A DNA stretch of 64,000 nt from an uncultured Solirubrobacteraceae bacterium (GTDB lineage Bacteria > Actinomycetota > Thermoleophilia > Solirubrobacterales > Solirubrobacteraceae), in the NCBI GenBank assembly GCA_964588985.1, contig CAZPQW010000011.1, positions 1 to 64,000 of the forward strand, given 5' to 3'. The notes under the pieces are model-generated. The model searched no databases. It was not told the origin of the DNA and saw nothing but the letters and a program-made list of their open reading frames with translations. A program made the translations under genes and the position numbers. Numbering within the stretch: the first letter of the stretch is position 1; each line of letters starts with the position of its first letter. Below, piece by piece: positions 48,317-58,472 of the stretch.

Positions 48317-49537
48317 CTACCCCTCGCGAGCGGAGGCCACGAACAGCTCCGTCGGCTCGGAGAAGCCCTTCAGCCGAACCTCGCCGATGCGGATGAACTC
48401 GAGGCCGTCGTGCCCCTGAGCGCTTTCCACCACCGAGCGCGTCACGAGCACCTCCCCGCCTCCCGCCCTTGCGACCACGCGCGCGGCCTGATTGACCTCG
48501 CGGCCGAAGTAGTCGCCGTCGCGGTAGAGCGCCTCGCCGTAGTGCACGCCGATCCGCGGCGGCGGCTCGCCGGGCGCGATCTGGTCCTGCAGGCCGACCG
48601 CCCATGCCGTCAGCGCGGCCACGTCGGAACCCACGACCATCACCTCGTCGCCGAGCGTCTTGATCACGCGCGCGTCCAGCGGCAGGCTCTGCGCAACGGC
48701 CCTGACGAACCCTTCCACCGTGCTTACCGCCGCCTCGTCCCCGCGCTCGACGGTCAGGCGCGCGTAGCCGGCGAGGTCGGCGAACGCGATCGCCACGCGC
48801 AGCCGTCCCTCCTCGAGGACGTCGTCGCCCAGGTCGGCCTCCATGTGACCGATCATGTCCTGCTCCACGAAGTGCGTGAGGAAACGGCCGTGCAGGTAGT
48901 TCATGAACGGCGCCGCGAACGGGAATATCTCGCGCACCAGCCCCTCCATCTCCTCGGCGACCTCGACGCTCGGCACGCCCGCGCGCATCAGCGGCTCGTG
49001 CACGTAGAGATGGACCAGCCGCACCTCCGCGTCGGCGATCTGCGCGATCACCTGGCCGTAGACGCGCATCAGCTGCAGGAACGCTGGCAGCGGAAAGCCA
49101 GCGCCGAGCATCGTGGACACGTAGCGCATCATCTCCAGGTCTTCGTCGGAGATCGCCTCCAGTGGAAGGGTGCCGAGGCCCATGGTGATGTAGATCTCTT
49201 CGATCAGCTCCGGCTTGACGCCGCTCTCGCGCGCGGCGTCCTTGAGCGAGTGCCGCGGCTCGGAGCTGCGCAGCATGTTCTCGATCGGCCCGACGGCGAG
49301 CTGGCCGTTGTCGCTGGCCTGCTTGATTCGCTCGAGCGTGTGACCGCGAGCGCGAAGCCTCGCGACCACGCGGACGTAGGCCATGGCGGAAGGGGTCCAG
49401 CGTCCGTCGTAGCCGGGGACCAGGCCCTTGGCGACCCAGCGGCGGACCGTCGCGGCGGAGACGCCAGCGCGCGCGGCCACCTGAGCGAGCGTCAGCTCGC
49501 CGGTCTCGCGCACTGGATCAGCGTCGGGCTCGTTCAC
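48317..49537 (-). CDS. Class III adenylate cyclase with N-terminal MerR-like HTH
   Basis: LAQVAARAGVSAATVRRW HTH; AFADLAGY, IKTLGDEVM and DYFGREVNQAARV. Confidence 0.9.
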   Translation of the reverse strand: MNEPDADPVRETGELTLAQVAARAGVSAATVRRWVAKGLVPGYDGRWTPSAMAYVRVVARLRARGHTLERIKQASDNGQLAVGPIENMLRSSEPRHSLKDAARESGVKPELIEEIYITMGLGTLPLEAISDEDLEMMRYVSTMLGAGFPLPAFLQLMRVYGQVIAQIADAEVRLVHLYVHEPLMRAGVPSVEVAEEMEGLVREIFPFAAPFMNYLHGRFLTHFVEQDMIGHMEADLGDDVLEEGRLRVAIAFADLAGYARLTVERGDEAAVSTVEGFVRAVAQSLPLDARVIKTLGDEVMVVGSDVAALTAWAVGLQDQIAPGEPPPRIGVHYGEALYRDGDYFGREVNQAARVVARAGGGEVLVTRSVVESAQGHDGLEFIRIGEVRLKGFSEPTELFVASAREG

Positions 49538-49592
49538 TCAGACGCGAGGCGCGGCGGGCATTCCCATACCTCGAAGTCTAAAGTCGCGGCCG

Positions 49593-50312
49593 ATGGCACA
49601 CGATCCACCCCACCCGGAAGCGGCGCGTCAGCCCTCGATCCACCTGCGTCCGACGGCGGAGTTGAGCGAGCGCGTGCTGCTGCCCGGCGACCCTGGCCGC
49701 GCGCTGATGCTGGCCCAGGCCCTGCTGCAGGAGCCGCGCATGTTCAACCACCACCGCGGCCTGTGGGGCTACACCGGCACAGCAAGCGATGGCGGCAAGC
49801 TGACGATCCAGGCGACCGGCATGGGCGGACCGTCGGCGGCGATCGTGCTGCACGAGCTGATCGTGCTGGGAGCCCGCCGGGCGATCCGTGTGGGCACCTG
49901 CGGCGCGCTCGCTCCTGGGCTCGAGCTGGGCGAGCTCGTGGTGGCATGCGAGGCGATCTGCGCCGACGGCACCTCGCGCGCGCTGGGCGCGGGCGAGCGG
50001 ATCGCGGCCGACCCGGCGCTCACGCGCGCGCTGACGCGCGAGGCGCGGGGAGCGCGCGAAGGCGCCGTCGTGAGCGTGGATCTCTTCTACGAGGACGGCG
50101 ACCCGGGCGATGGTCGCGACGCGCTCGCGGTGGAGATGGAGGCGGCGACGCTGTTCGCGGTCGGCGCCCGAGCGCACGTTCCCGTGGCCTGTGTGCTGGC
50201 TGTGTCCGACACGTTCGACGGAGAGGGCAACCGCGCGCGAATCGAGGATGATGCGCTGCTCGCCGCTGCGGAGAGGATGGGGGCGGCGGCGATCGCCGCC
50301 CTCGCGGCCTGA
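49593..50312 (+). CDS. deoD: Purine nucleoside phosphorylase (DeoD type)
   Basis: LLPGDPGRA, TGMGGPS, IRVGTCG, DLFY and VEMEAA. Confidence 0.88.
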   Translation: MAHDPPHPEAARQPSIHLRPTAELSERVLLPGDPGRALMLAQALLQEPRMFNHHRGLWGYTGTASDGGKLTIQATGMGGPSAAIVLHELIVLGARRAIRVGTCGALAPGLELGELVVACEAICADGTSRALGAGERIAADPALTRALTREARGAREGAVVSVDLFYEDGDPGDGRDALAVEMEAATLFAVGARAHVPVACVLAVSDTFDGEGNRARIEDDALLAAAERMGAAAIAALAA

Positions 50313-50324
50313 ACCGCTTGGGCC

Positions 50325-50867
50325 TCAGCCCGCTTTGGGCTTGGCTCTTGCCGCTTTGGCTTTCGCCGGTTTGGCTGCCGCTTTGGGCTTGGCGGCCGGT
50401 GTTCCCGATTTGCCTCGGACGCCAGCCGCTTTCGCGGTCGCCTTCGGTTTCGCCGCTTTGGCTTTCGGCTGCGCTTTGGCCGCCGCTTTGGGCTTGGCCG
50501 GCTGGTCGAGCTTGCTCGTGAGCGTGCGCAGCTGCTGCTCGATCGCGGACAGGCGCGCCTCGACCCCGCCCGTGGACGTGCCGCGATCGAGGCGGTCGAC
50601 GCCGTCCTCGATGCCCTCCAGCCGGTGGGAGACCGAGCGCAGCCGCCTCGTCAGCCGTTCGATGTCGGCCGCGGAGGGGATGTTGAGCGCGCTCAGCGCC
50701 ACCTCCTGTGCCTGCGCCGCCTTCTCGCGGGCCTCGAACGCGCGACCGATCGCGCCGGTCAGGAGCGGGTTTTCCAGCAGATCAGACAGCGCCTTGCCGA
50801 GCCGCTCCTCGGTGTTGCCGCCCAGGCGATCGCGCAGGTGCTTGGCGACATTGCTCGCGTCGGACAT
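50325..50867 (-). CDS. Phasin/PhaF-like protein with Lys/Ala/Pro-rich tail
   Basis: LNIPSAADIERL.RRL motif, a coiled coil and KPKAAAK repeats. Confidence 0.7.
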   Translation of the reverse strand: MSDASNVAKHLRDRLGGNTEERLGKALSDLLENPLLTGAIGRAFEAREKAAQAQEVALSALNIPSAADIERLTRRLRSVSHRLEGIEDGVDRLDRGTSTGGVEARLSAIEQQLRTLTSKLDQPAKPKAAAKAQPKAKAAKPKATAKAAGVRGKSGTPAAKPKAAAKPAKAKAARAKPKAG

Positions 50868-50890
50868 CTTCTGAAGGATACGGTGCAGCG

Positions 50891-51799
50891 ATGGGTCAGC
50901 GACTTTTCATCTTCGTGCAGATGGAGTTCCCGTGGATCCTCGGCCCGCCCGACGGTAGGTACCTGCTGCGCGCCGAGCGGGACGGAGAGCCGGAGCGCGT
51001 CGTGGTGATCGACACGCTGGCGGCCACTCGCGACCGAAAGGCGGCTCGCGGCGGATCGATCCTCAGGCGCTCGAGCCCCACCGAGGCCCCACCGGAACCC
51101 GATCCCGAGTCGGTCAGCACGACGCGCGTGACGGTGATCGATCCGATCTCGCTGTCGTCCGAGAACCAGGCCCGTGCTTGGCTCGAGGATCTGGGTGGCG
51201 ATCGCGAGGTGCTCGCCGCCGTCGCGGTCGTCAACCGCGTTCTGTACTCGCATCGCATCGCCTCCGCGGACCCCCACGTCCACGAGGTCTCCCCCGCCCA
51301 GGCGCTCGCGATCAGGGCCGGCTGGGGCGAGGGCGAGCAGGTGGCCGACGGTCGCTGGCTGCACGCGCGCGTGCTGCCGTGGAAGCGTCCCGGCCACGGC
51401 TCGGGCGGCGCACTGCGAGTTGGCCGCGCGCGGTCGCTCGCGCTTCGCCCCCAGGAGCGCCTCGCGGAGCTGCTGGGCGCCCACGGGCAGGCGTTGGGAT
51501 GCGAGGAGCTGGCCCTGCGCGCACGTCTGGACCTGGACCACGGGCGCACGCGCCTCGCGGCGCTCGAGCTCGATCGAGCGCTCGCGCTGGCCGCCACCGA
51601 GCTGCGGTCGGAGACCCGGCCGGACCTCGACATCCGCATCGCCGAGCTCGAACAGCTGCACACGGGCGTCGTCGAGCAGGCGACCGGCGCGCTGGCAAAG
51701 GAGGTCGCGGAGCTGGACGTGGAGGCCGTGACCCACGCGCTGGAGCGGCTCGAGGCGGCGCTGCGCGCGCGTTCGGCCACGGGCTTTAGTCTGCAGTGA
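50891..51799 (+). CDS. Hypothetical protein
   Basis: MGQRLFIFVQMEFPW..GPPDGRY; leaderless -10 TACGGT; overlaps the next start. Confidence 0.75.
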   Translation: MGQRLFIFVQMEFPWILGPPDGRYLLRAERDGEPERVVVIDTLAATRDRKAARGGSILRRSSPTEAPPEPDPESVSTTRVTVIDPISLSSENQARAWLEDLGGDREVLAAVAVVNRVLYSHRIASADPHVHEVSPAQALAIRAGWGEGEQVADGRWLHARVLPWKRPGHGSGGALRVGRARSLALRPQERLAELLGAHGQALGCEELALRARLDLDHGRTRLAALELDRALALAATELRSETRPDLDIRIAELEQLHTGVVEQATGALAKEVAELDVEAVTHALERLEAALRARSATGFSLQ

Positions 51800-52935
51800 C
51801 GATGGATCCGACGACCACGGCGATAGGAACCTGGAGCGGCGGGCGCTTCATGCACTTCGGCGAGCCGTTGGAGGACGAGCGCCTGAGCGCACTCCTGCGT
51901 CCGGGCGAAGGCATCGACACGGTGATCACCGCGGACGTGTACGGCAGCGGGGAGGCGGATCTCGCGCTCGGCCGAGCGCTCGAGGGTCTCCGACGCGAGG
52001 ACTACTGCCTCGTGGGCGCTATCGGGCACGACTTCTACACGGGCGAGCGCGACGGCGCGAAGGGCTTTCCCCGCTTCACCGACCCGCTACTGCGAGGCGA
52101 GGCGGACTACGCGCGGTACATCCGCGAGGCCACCGAGCGCAGCCTCGAGCGCTGCGGGGTGGAGCGCTTCGATCTGCTGCTGCTGCACAACCCCGACCAC
52201 GTCGGCTACTCGAGCCCGGTCGTGTGGGAGGGCATGCGGGCGGTCCGCGACGCCGGACTCACCGAGCGCCTGGGCGTCGCGCCGGGCCCGGCGAACGGCT
52301 TCACGCTCGACCTGATCGACTGCTTCGAGCGCTTCGCTGAGCTGATCGACTGGGCGATGATCATCCTCGGCCCGCTCGAGCCGTGGCCCGGCGAGCTCGT
52401 GCTCGACGCCGCGGCCAAACACGACGTGAGCCTGATCACGCGAGTGGTCGACTACGGCGGGATGTTTCACGACGACGTGCTGCCCGGCCACGCCTTCGCG
52501 CCCTACGACCACCGCAAGTTCCGTCCCGACGGCTGGGTGCAGGCGGGCAGGGAGAAGCTCGAGCTGATGCGCCCCTACGCGGAGCGCCACAGTCTGACGA
52601 TGCTGCAGCTCGCGTGCGCGTGGAACCTGTCTCTGCCGGGCGTGCGCTGCGTGGTCCCGTCGTTGATCCAGGAGAGCGGAGCGCACGCGCGCGCGATCGA
52701 GGACAAGCGCGCCGAGCTGGCCGCCGTCACGGCGGATGCGATCCTCAGCGAAGAGGAGGTGGAGGCGATCCGCGCGATCGGCGAGAACACCGGCTGCATG
52801 GCGCTGAAGGGCGCCAGCCTCGAACACCAGGGGTCGGCGCTCGCAGACAGATGGAGCGTCGACGATCAGCTCTCTCAGGTGGCCGGCCGCTGGGGCATCG
52901 ACCCCGATCGGGACCTGCTGCCGCACGCGGTCTAG
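51796..52935 (+). CDS. Aldo/keto reductase
   Basis: TADVYGSG, ERSLERCG..FDLLLLHNPD and QLACAWNL. Confidence 0.88.
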   Translation: MTMDPTTTAIGTWSGGRFMHFGEPLEDERLSALLRPGEGIDTVITADVYGSGEADLALGRALEGLRREDYCLVGAIGHDFYTGERDGAKGFPRFTDPLLRGEADYARYIREATERSLERCGVERFDLLLLHNPDHVGYSSPVVWEGMRAVRDAGLTERLGVAPGPANGFTLDLIDCFERFAELIDWAMIILGPLEPWPGELVLDAAAKHDVSLITRVVDYGGMFHDDVLPGHAFAPYDHRKFRPDGWVQAGREKLELMRPYAERHSLTMLQLACAWNLSLPGVRCVVPSLIQESGAHARAIEDKRAELAAVTADAILSEEEVEAIRAIGENTGCMALKGASLEHQGSALADRWSVDDQLSQVAGRWGIDPDRDLLPHAV

Positions 52936-53597
52936 AGCCCCAGCCGCCCCGGCAGCTCCTCCATCGCATCCAGAATCTCCGCACCGGCTTGCCTCAGCGC
53001 GTCCTCGTCGCTGTCAGCGGCGTAGCCGAACACGCGCATCCCGGCCGCCACAGCGGCCACCACACCCGACGGCGTGTCCTCCACGACGACGCACGCGGAC
53101 GGATCGACTCCCATCGTGCTCGCCGCATGGAGAAAGAGATCGGGATGCGGCTTGCCGCGCGCGACGGAGTGCGCCGAGAACAGGGCACGATCGGCGAACA
53201 GGTAGCCGAGACCTGTGAGCTGGAGCGAGAGCCGCGTCTTCTCGAGCTTGCCCTGCGAGGCCACGCAAACGGCCAGTCCCGCATCGCGCACCTGCGCGAC
53301 TGCCGCGGCGGCCCCATCCACAGCTCGCAGCTCCCGTCGAAATACCTCCGCGCGCGTGCGCTCGTAGCTCTCGAGCCAGCCCGGGGGCAACGAGCGACCG
53401 AGCTCCGCCTCGGCCGCGATCCCGATGTCGCCGAGCAGCAACCCCTGGTAGTCGCGGCGAGCCTCCTCGAGCGTCTTCGAAAGCCCCTCCTCGCTCAGCA
53501 TGCGTGCGAGCACGTCGTTTGAGATCCGCTCGCTGTCGACGAGCACACCGTCGCAATCGAAGATGACCAGCTCGGGCTCCCGCCCGACGGCGCTCAC
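52932..53597 (-). CDS. HAD family phosphatase
   Basis: IFDCDGVLVDSE, GKPHPDLF and VEDTPSGV. Confidence 0.92.
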   Translation of the reverse strand: MSAVGREPELVIFDCDGVLVDSERISNDVLARMLSEEGLSKTLEEARRDYQGLLLGDIGIAAEAELGRSLPPGWLESYERTRAEVFRRELRAVDGAAAAVAQVRDAGLAVCVASQGKLEKTRLSLQLTGLGYLFADRALFSAHSVARGKPHPDLFLHAASTMGVDPSACVVVEDTPSGVVAAVAAGMRVFGYAADSDEDALRQAGAEILDAMEELPGRLGL

Positions 53598-54166
53598 GGC
53601 GACAGGCGCGTGGTGCGCCATCCCTCCTCGGCCCGCTCGAACAGCAGGCGCTCGTGCATCCTGTCGGGCGCTTGGGTCCAGAACTCGACCGCTTCGGGAA
53701 CGACGCGGATGGCTCCCCAGTCGGGCGGACACTGGGGAGGAGCCTCGAGCACGTTCATGAGATGCGCGTGGCGGGCGCGCAGCGGCTCGATGTCCTCGAT
53801 CGGCGTGCCCTGTCGGGAGACGAGCGTCTGGACCCGGTGTGAGATGTCCCGCTCGGAGAACAGCTCGAGCGCGAGCGCTCGCTCGGCCACCTTCGCCTCA
53901 CCGGTCACGTGCACCTGCCGGCCGACGGTGGGCCAGTGGAAAAGAAGAGCCACGTTCGGATTGCTCTCGATCTCGCGAGCTTTGCGGGTCCACAGCGCGG
54001 AGGTGAACACGAGCGCGTCGCCCTCCACGCGCTTGAGCGACACGGTCCGCGCGGACGGTCGCCCATCCGCGCCGACGGTGACGAACGCGACTGCAGCGGG
54101 CTCCGGTGCTCCCGCCGATCGCGCGTCGCCCAACCAGCGATTCAGCAGCGCGATCGGATCGCTCAT
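53594..54166 (-). CDS. PdxH/PhzG-like FMN-dependent oxidase (divergent paralogue)
   Basis: PSARTVSLK, RKARE, RQVHVTG and EFW..DRMHER. Confidence 0.85.
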   Translation of the reverse strand: MSDPIALLNRWLGDARSAGAPEPAAVAFVTVGADGRPSARTVSLKRVEGDALVFTSALWTRKAREIESNPNVALLFHWPTVGRQVHVTGEAKVAERALALELFSERDISHRVQTLVSRQGTPIEDIEPLRARHAHLMNVLEAPPQCPPDWGAIRVVPEAVEFWTQAPDRMHERLLFERAEEGWRTTRLSP

Positions 54167-54182
54167 GAGGGTCCTGACGCTA

Positions 54183-54749
54183 CTACATGTGCAGGTTGCC
54201 GATCACCTGGACTTCGGCGTTGGAGTTGTTGCGGTCGAGCACGCCGTAGAAGCCGCCCTTGCCGGAGATGTGCGCGTAGCGACCGGTCCCGCCTACGATC
54301 GTGGCGGTGCCTCCGAAGCTTTCATAGCGACCGTTGCCTGAGTGGAGTTTCGCGCTGCCGTGACCGGAGATCGAGCCGCCGCCGAGGTGAAACGTAAAGC
54401 TCGACGTGGTGGTGCTTCCGTTGAAGCTCAGTGTCGCGTGCGCCGTGCCCACGAGCGTGCCTGTGGCACGACCTTCCTCGGTCAGTGTGTTCCCGTTCGC
54501 GTTCAGCAGGTGCATCTTGGCCGCGTCTCGCACCACCAGGATCCGCGCCGTCACCGCGCTCGGCTGCCGCGACTCGCCGCGAGCGAGGCCCGCGGCGATG
54601 CCGCCGTCCAACGCCCCGCCGGCGACCGCCGCCACGGCGACCGCCGCGGCGAACATCCGGGTCTTGTTACCTGGGCGCACCATCAGCCCAACATATCCGG
54701 CAGTCGTGGAGCCCGGCGACAGTGTTTCCATCTGCGTCGAGGAGCTCAT
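54183..54749 (-). CDS. Exported beta-barrel protein (allene-oxide-cyclase/dirigent-like signature)
   Basis: Hydrophobic signal segment; IVGGTGRYAHISGKG motif; ATGA coupling with the upstream gene (alternative start 54683). Confidence 0.65.
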   Translation of the reverse strand: MSSSTQMETLSPGSTTAGYVGLMVRPGNKTRMFAAAVAVAAVAGGALDGGIAAGLARGESRQPSAVTARILVVRDAAKMHLLNANGNTLTEEGRATGTLVGTAHATLSFNGSTTTSSFTFHLGGGSISGHGSAKLHSGNGRYESFGGTATIVGGTGRYAHISGKGGFYGVLDRNNSNAEVQVIGNLHM

Positions 54750-55846
54750 ATGCGAGGCTCGCGCCCACTCCCAGACCGCGTGCGGCCCGCCGCGCGACGC
54801 GCGCGAAGCACCCACATGCTCGGTGTCGCCGCTCCCCCGAGCACAGCAAGGATGCGTTCGGATATGGGCGCGGCCTCGGGAAGGGAAGCCTCGGGGGCCG
54901 TCAGATAGAGACTGACCATGCCGGCGAGGATGAGGGCGTGCAGATCGCCGCCGCGCAGTCCGCGAGCCGCCCCCAGTGCCCGCTCGGTGATCATCTGTAA
55001 ACGCGCGCCCGCTTCCTCGGCTGAGCTGTAGTGAGACAGCAGGCTGACCTGTCCGGCGCCGGCGTCCTCACCTAGGTCGACGAGGCTGTCGAGCAGTGTG
55101 TGCAGAGCACCGATCCACGGGTAGTAGGCCCGCTCGATCGCGGCGATGTCCCCTGAGCTGAGCCGCGGATCAGCGGCGGCCGCGAGCAGCGCGAGGACCG
55201 CCAGCGAGGAGGCGCCGGCGGCGGCCGTCTCCCACCATTGCAGGGCTGAGTCTGGCGAGGTTTGATCGTCTGCCCAGCGCGCAAGAGCGCTGTGATCGCC
55301 CTGATTGAGTGCTTGATAGGCGATGATTCGAGTAATCGCAGCCTCGGTGGGCCCTGAAGCTGGACGGTTGTTCGACATTTGAGCGAGCGCACCGCGAGTC
55401 GTGTCGATCATGTCCAGGAGGTAGCCACCATCCTCGGAGCTCGCGCAAAGCGCGTAGTAGTCGTCGTGAGGGACCCCCGGTTGCAGCGCGCGCAGCAGTG
55501 CCAGGTGCAGCTGCCGCGCGTTTGCCGAGCGATCTCCGCAGGGCTGCTCGGCGAGCAGGTCGGCGTAGTCGTAGGCGGCCTGCCAGGCGACGATCATCCG
55601 CACCGTCAAAGCGCGGCTCCTGCTGGGCACAAGCACCGCAAACGCGGCTGCTCCCTCGATATTTCCGCGCTTCGACAGCTGCGCCTCGAGCGCGACCCGA
55701 CGCAGCAACGGATCGTCGATCGAGGCGGCACGAGCCTTCCAGTGGCGCATCTCCCGAGCGAGGTGGGGATATACGCCCAACCAGTAACGCAACGCCGTCT
55801 GAACAAACAAGGCCCCCGATGAGAAACGCCTCCATGTTGTGCTCAT
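54746..55846 (-). CDS. DUF2600/YtpB-like (tetraprenyl-beta-curcumene synthase family) terpene synthase
   Basis: W..RA..I.DP.LR..AL, EGAA, Q..YDY.D, EDGGYL, WWE.AAA.SSL and YYPWIGALH.LLDSLVD..ED. Confidence 0.85.
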   Translation of the reverse strand: MSTTWRRFSSGALFVQTALRYWLGVYPHLAREMRHWKARAASIDDPLLRRVALEAQLSKRGNIEGAAAFAVLVPSRSRALTVRMIVAWQAAYDYADLLAEQPCGDRSANARQLHLALLRALQPGVPHDDYYALCASSEDGGYLLDMIDTTRGALAQMSNNRPASGPTEAAITRIIAYQALNQGDHSALARWADDQTSPDSALQWWETAAAGASSLAVLALLAAAADPRLSSGDIAAIERAYYPWIGALHTLLDSLVDLGEDAGAGQVSLLSHYSSAEEAGARLQMITERALGAARGLRGGDLHALILAGMVSLYLTAPEASLPEAAPISERILAVLGGAATPSMWVLRARRAAGRTRSGSGREPRI

Positions 55847-55904
55847 ACGCACAACATCGCCAGCGAACCGCCGCTGCCAAAGTCAGCTGACTGCTAAACC
55901 TGTG

Positions 55905-58472
55905 TCACTCCTGAAAGCTCGTCTGGGCCGATACGCGCGCCGCGGAAAGGCCCGGGAGGGCGACAACTGTGAGCGCGATGCCCCCGACGAGCAACAGCGT
56001 GAGCAGCACCTGCACCAGCCCAAGAGAGAAGGGCGCGGGGAACCCCGTCGTCAGTTTCAGCCACCGGCTCGCGAGTGCGTGGCCGTAGAGTCCGAAGATC
56101 GCGCCGTCGGCGCAACCGATCCCGAGGACGATGCCGCTCTCCAGCAAAAGCGAGCGCCACAGTTGGCGGCTGTCGAAGCCCTGGGACTTCAACGAGGCGA
56201 GCCTGTCCCGCCGCTGCCAGATCGCGGCGCTGAGCGCAAACGCAACCGACAGCGCAGCCACCAGTAGCAGCAGCGTCGATATCTGCCCCAGGCTCCGCAG
56301 GGCCTGCCTGGCGTTCGCACGGAACTGCGCTTCGCGCTGGCCACGCGTCTGCACCGACAGCCCCGGGCGCGCACCGATCGCCGCCTGAACCGATCGCACG
56401 CCCTGAGTCGGCGTCACCCCCGGCCGGAGGTTGACCTCCAGAGCCGCGGGATTCGTGGTCTGCCAGCCTCGACGGAAATCGGCTGTCGACATCGTGATCG
56501 CTCCCGCCGGCCATCCCACGTTCGTGGTGACCGCAGCCACACCAAGGCGCTGTTGCCCCGACGGTGTGGGCAGAGTGAAGCTACCGCCGACCTCGAGGTG
56601 GCGTTCGTCCGCGAACCCATCCGAGACCGCGGCCCAGCCGCCTTGACGCAGCAGGCTCGTGGCGTGGGCGAGGTTGCCCTCCAGCAACTGCGAGGACTGG
56701 ATCATCGCGCTGTCGCTCGGCGGCCGCGCGCGAATCCACAGCCTGCGTTTGCCGACGTCCAGGAGTGCGCCCTGATACACGCGCACCGAGGCCACGTCGC
56801 GCGTGCGGGCGATCCTGTCCACCGCGCCGCGAGCCAGGAAGCTGTCCGTGGTGAACACGTTTTCTCCGGTGGTCACCCACACGTCGGCGGTACCCAGATA
56901 CTGAGTGATCGCCGCGTTCAGGCCCGTGGTCAGATCGTGTCGTGCGCCCTGTATGGCCACGCTCCCGTACACCGCCAGCGCCGCCACGCTGGCAAGCGCG
57001 ACCGAGCGCGTGGCCGTGGCGCGCAGTTCGACCACCGCGAGCGCAAGCATGCTGCCGCGCAGACGCTCGCTGACCGGAGCGATCGCGGCGCCTGTGAGCG
57101 CGAAGATGCCCGGGCTCAGGCACGCGGCGGCGAGCGCGAGCAGCACTCCACCGACGATCGTCAGGCTGGGCGCCGCGAGCACCACGATCGTCACGGCCGC
57201 CAACAGCGTCAGGCCGATCGTGGTGAGCAGTGCGATCGAGCTCGTGCCAATGCCGTGGCCCACCTCACCCCGCTCGTGGAGAACCGCATCCACGGGACGC
57301 CGGGGATTCATGTCGAAGGTCGGCGGCAGCGATGCGAGCAATGCGGCGAGCACACCGCACGCCGTGGCCAGAAGGACCGTCGTCGTATGCACCACCTGGT
57401 GCGATCCGATCGGAAACGCAAACGTGAGGTAGCTGGGGATTTCGCGGAACAGCGTGCGCGACAGCAGACTCCCCGCGGCCACGCCCGCGAGCGAGGCGAC
57501 AACCCCGAGCATCACCGCCTGCGAGGCGAGGATCAGTAACACCTGCCGAGGTCCGAAGCCCTGTGTGCGCAGCTCCGCGACGAAGCGACGACGCTCGGGC
57601 ACCGTCAGCAGCATCGCGTTGAGCGCGAGCAGAAACCCGACCATCGCGCTGATCGCCGCGAACAGCGTCGTCGACTGGCTGGTCGGGCGAGCGGCCTGTT
57701 CGAGCAGCGCCAGCTCGTGATCGGCTGGCTCCACGTCGAGCCGCCCGCCCGCCAACCCGCGCAGCTCGCGTTCGACGCGTGCGTCCTGGCCCGCCTGAGG
57801 CTGAACCAGCACCTGCGTGACTCGTCGCGACTTGTCGGTGAGGCTCTGCGCCACCGGCAGCAGCGCCAAGACGATCGGGCTGTTTGCCACGGGCCCCACG
57901 ATCTGTTCGGGTAGGACCGCGCGCACGATCGCGGCGTGAGAGTCGCCGCTGGAGCGGATCTCGACCGACTGCCCGGCCTCGGCGTTCACGGCCGCCGCGA
58001 CGCTCGACGGGAGTCCGACTCCTCCTGTCAACAGCGACGTCCCGGCCCCGAGGTTCTTCGTTGCCGTGGTGTTGAGCGTGACCAGACTTGCTGTCACGCC
58101 GAGCACCTGGATCACCTGACGCCCCTTCGGCCCGACGATCACAGCGTCCTCTTTCAGGACCGGTGAGGCGACCCTCACTCCCGGCAGTTCTCCGACTCGC
58201 GTCGCCAACCGTTCGTCGAACCCACTGGAGGAGCGCGACACGAGCTGGAGGCGCGCGGTTCCCGTCACTGCGTGGACGAGGTCGCCGGCCGAGCTGACGA
58301 TGCTGGTGTTCGCGACGAGCACTCCGAACATCAGCGCCACGCCCGTCGCGATCCCCAAGCCAGCGAGCAGCTCCTGGATCTTGTGGTCCTTCAGCCGCCA
58401 GCGATAGAGGTCGATCAACGCGCTCAGCCGCACACCGAGCACGGCCGGCTTCGGCATTCTGCTGGGCATCAT
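55905..58472 (-). CDS. ABC transporter permease (FtsX/MacB type, duplicated)
   Basis: ERRR..A.LRTQG and QRR..LASLKSQG motifs; two large extracytoplasmic loops. Confidence 0.88.
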   Translation of the reverse strand: MMPSRMPKPAVLGVRLSALIDLYRWRLKDHKIQELLAGLGIATGVALMFGVLVANTSIVSSAGDLVHAVTGTARLQLVSRSSSGFDERLATRVGELPGVRVASPVLKEDAVIVGPKGRQVIQVLGVTASLVTLNTTATKNLGAGTSLLTGGVGLPSSVAAAVNAEAGQSVEIRSSGDSHAAIVRAVLPEQIVGPVANSPIVLALLPVAQSLTDKSRRVTQVLVQPQAGQDARVERELRGLAGGRLDVEPADHELALLEQAARPTSQSTTLFAAISAMVGFLLALNAMLLTVPERRRFVAELRTQGFGPRQVLLILASQAVMLGVVASLAGVAAGSLLSRTLFREIPSYLTFAFPIGSHQVVHTTTVLLATACGVLAALLASLPPTFDMNPRRPVDAVLHERGEVGHGIGTSSIALLTTIGLTLLAAVTIVVLAAPSLTIVGGVLLALAAACLSPGIFALTGAAIAPVSERLRGSMLALAVVELRATATRSVALASVAALAVYGSVAIQGARHDLTTGLNAAITQYLGTADVWVTTGENVFTTDSFLARGAVDRIARTRDVASVRVYQGALLDVGKRRLWIRARPPSDSAMIQSSQLLEGNLAHATSLLRQGGWAAVSDGFADERHLEVGGSFTLPTPSGQQRLGVAAVTTNVGWPAGAITMSTADFRRGWQTTNPAALEVNLRPGVTPTQGVRSVQAAIGARPGLSVQTRGQREAQFRANARQALRSLGQISTLLLLVAALSVAFALSAAIWQRRDRLASLKSQGFDSRQLWRSLLLESGIVLGIGCADGAIFGLYGHALASRWLKLTTGFPAPFSLGLVQVLLTLLLVGGIALTVVALPGLSAARVSAQTSFQE

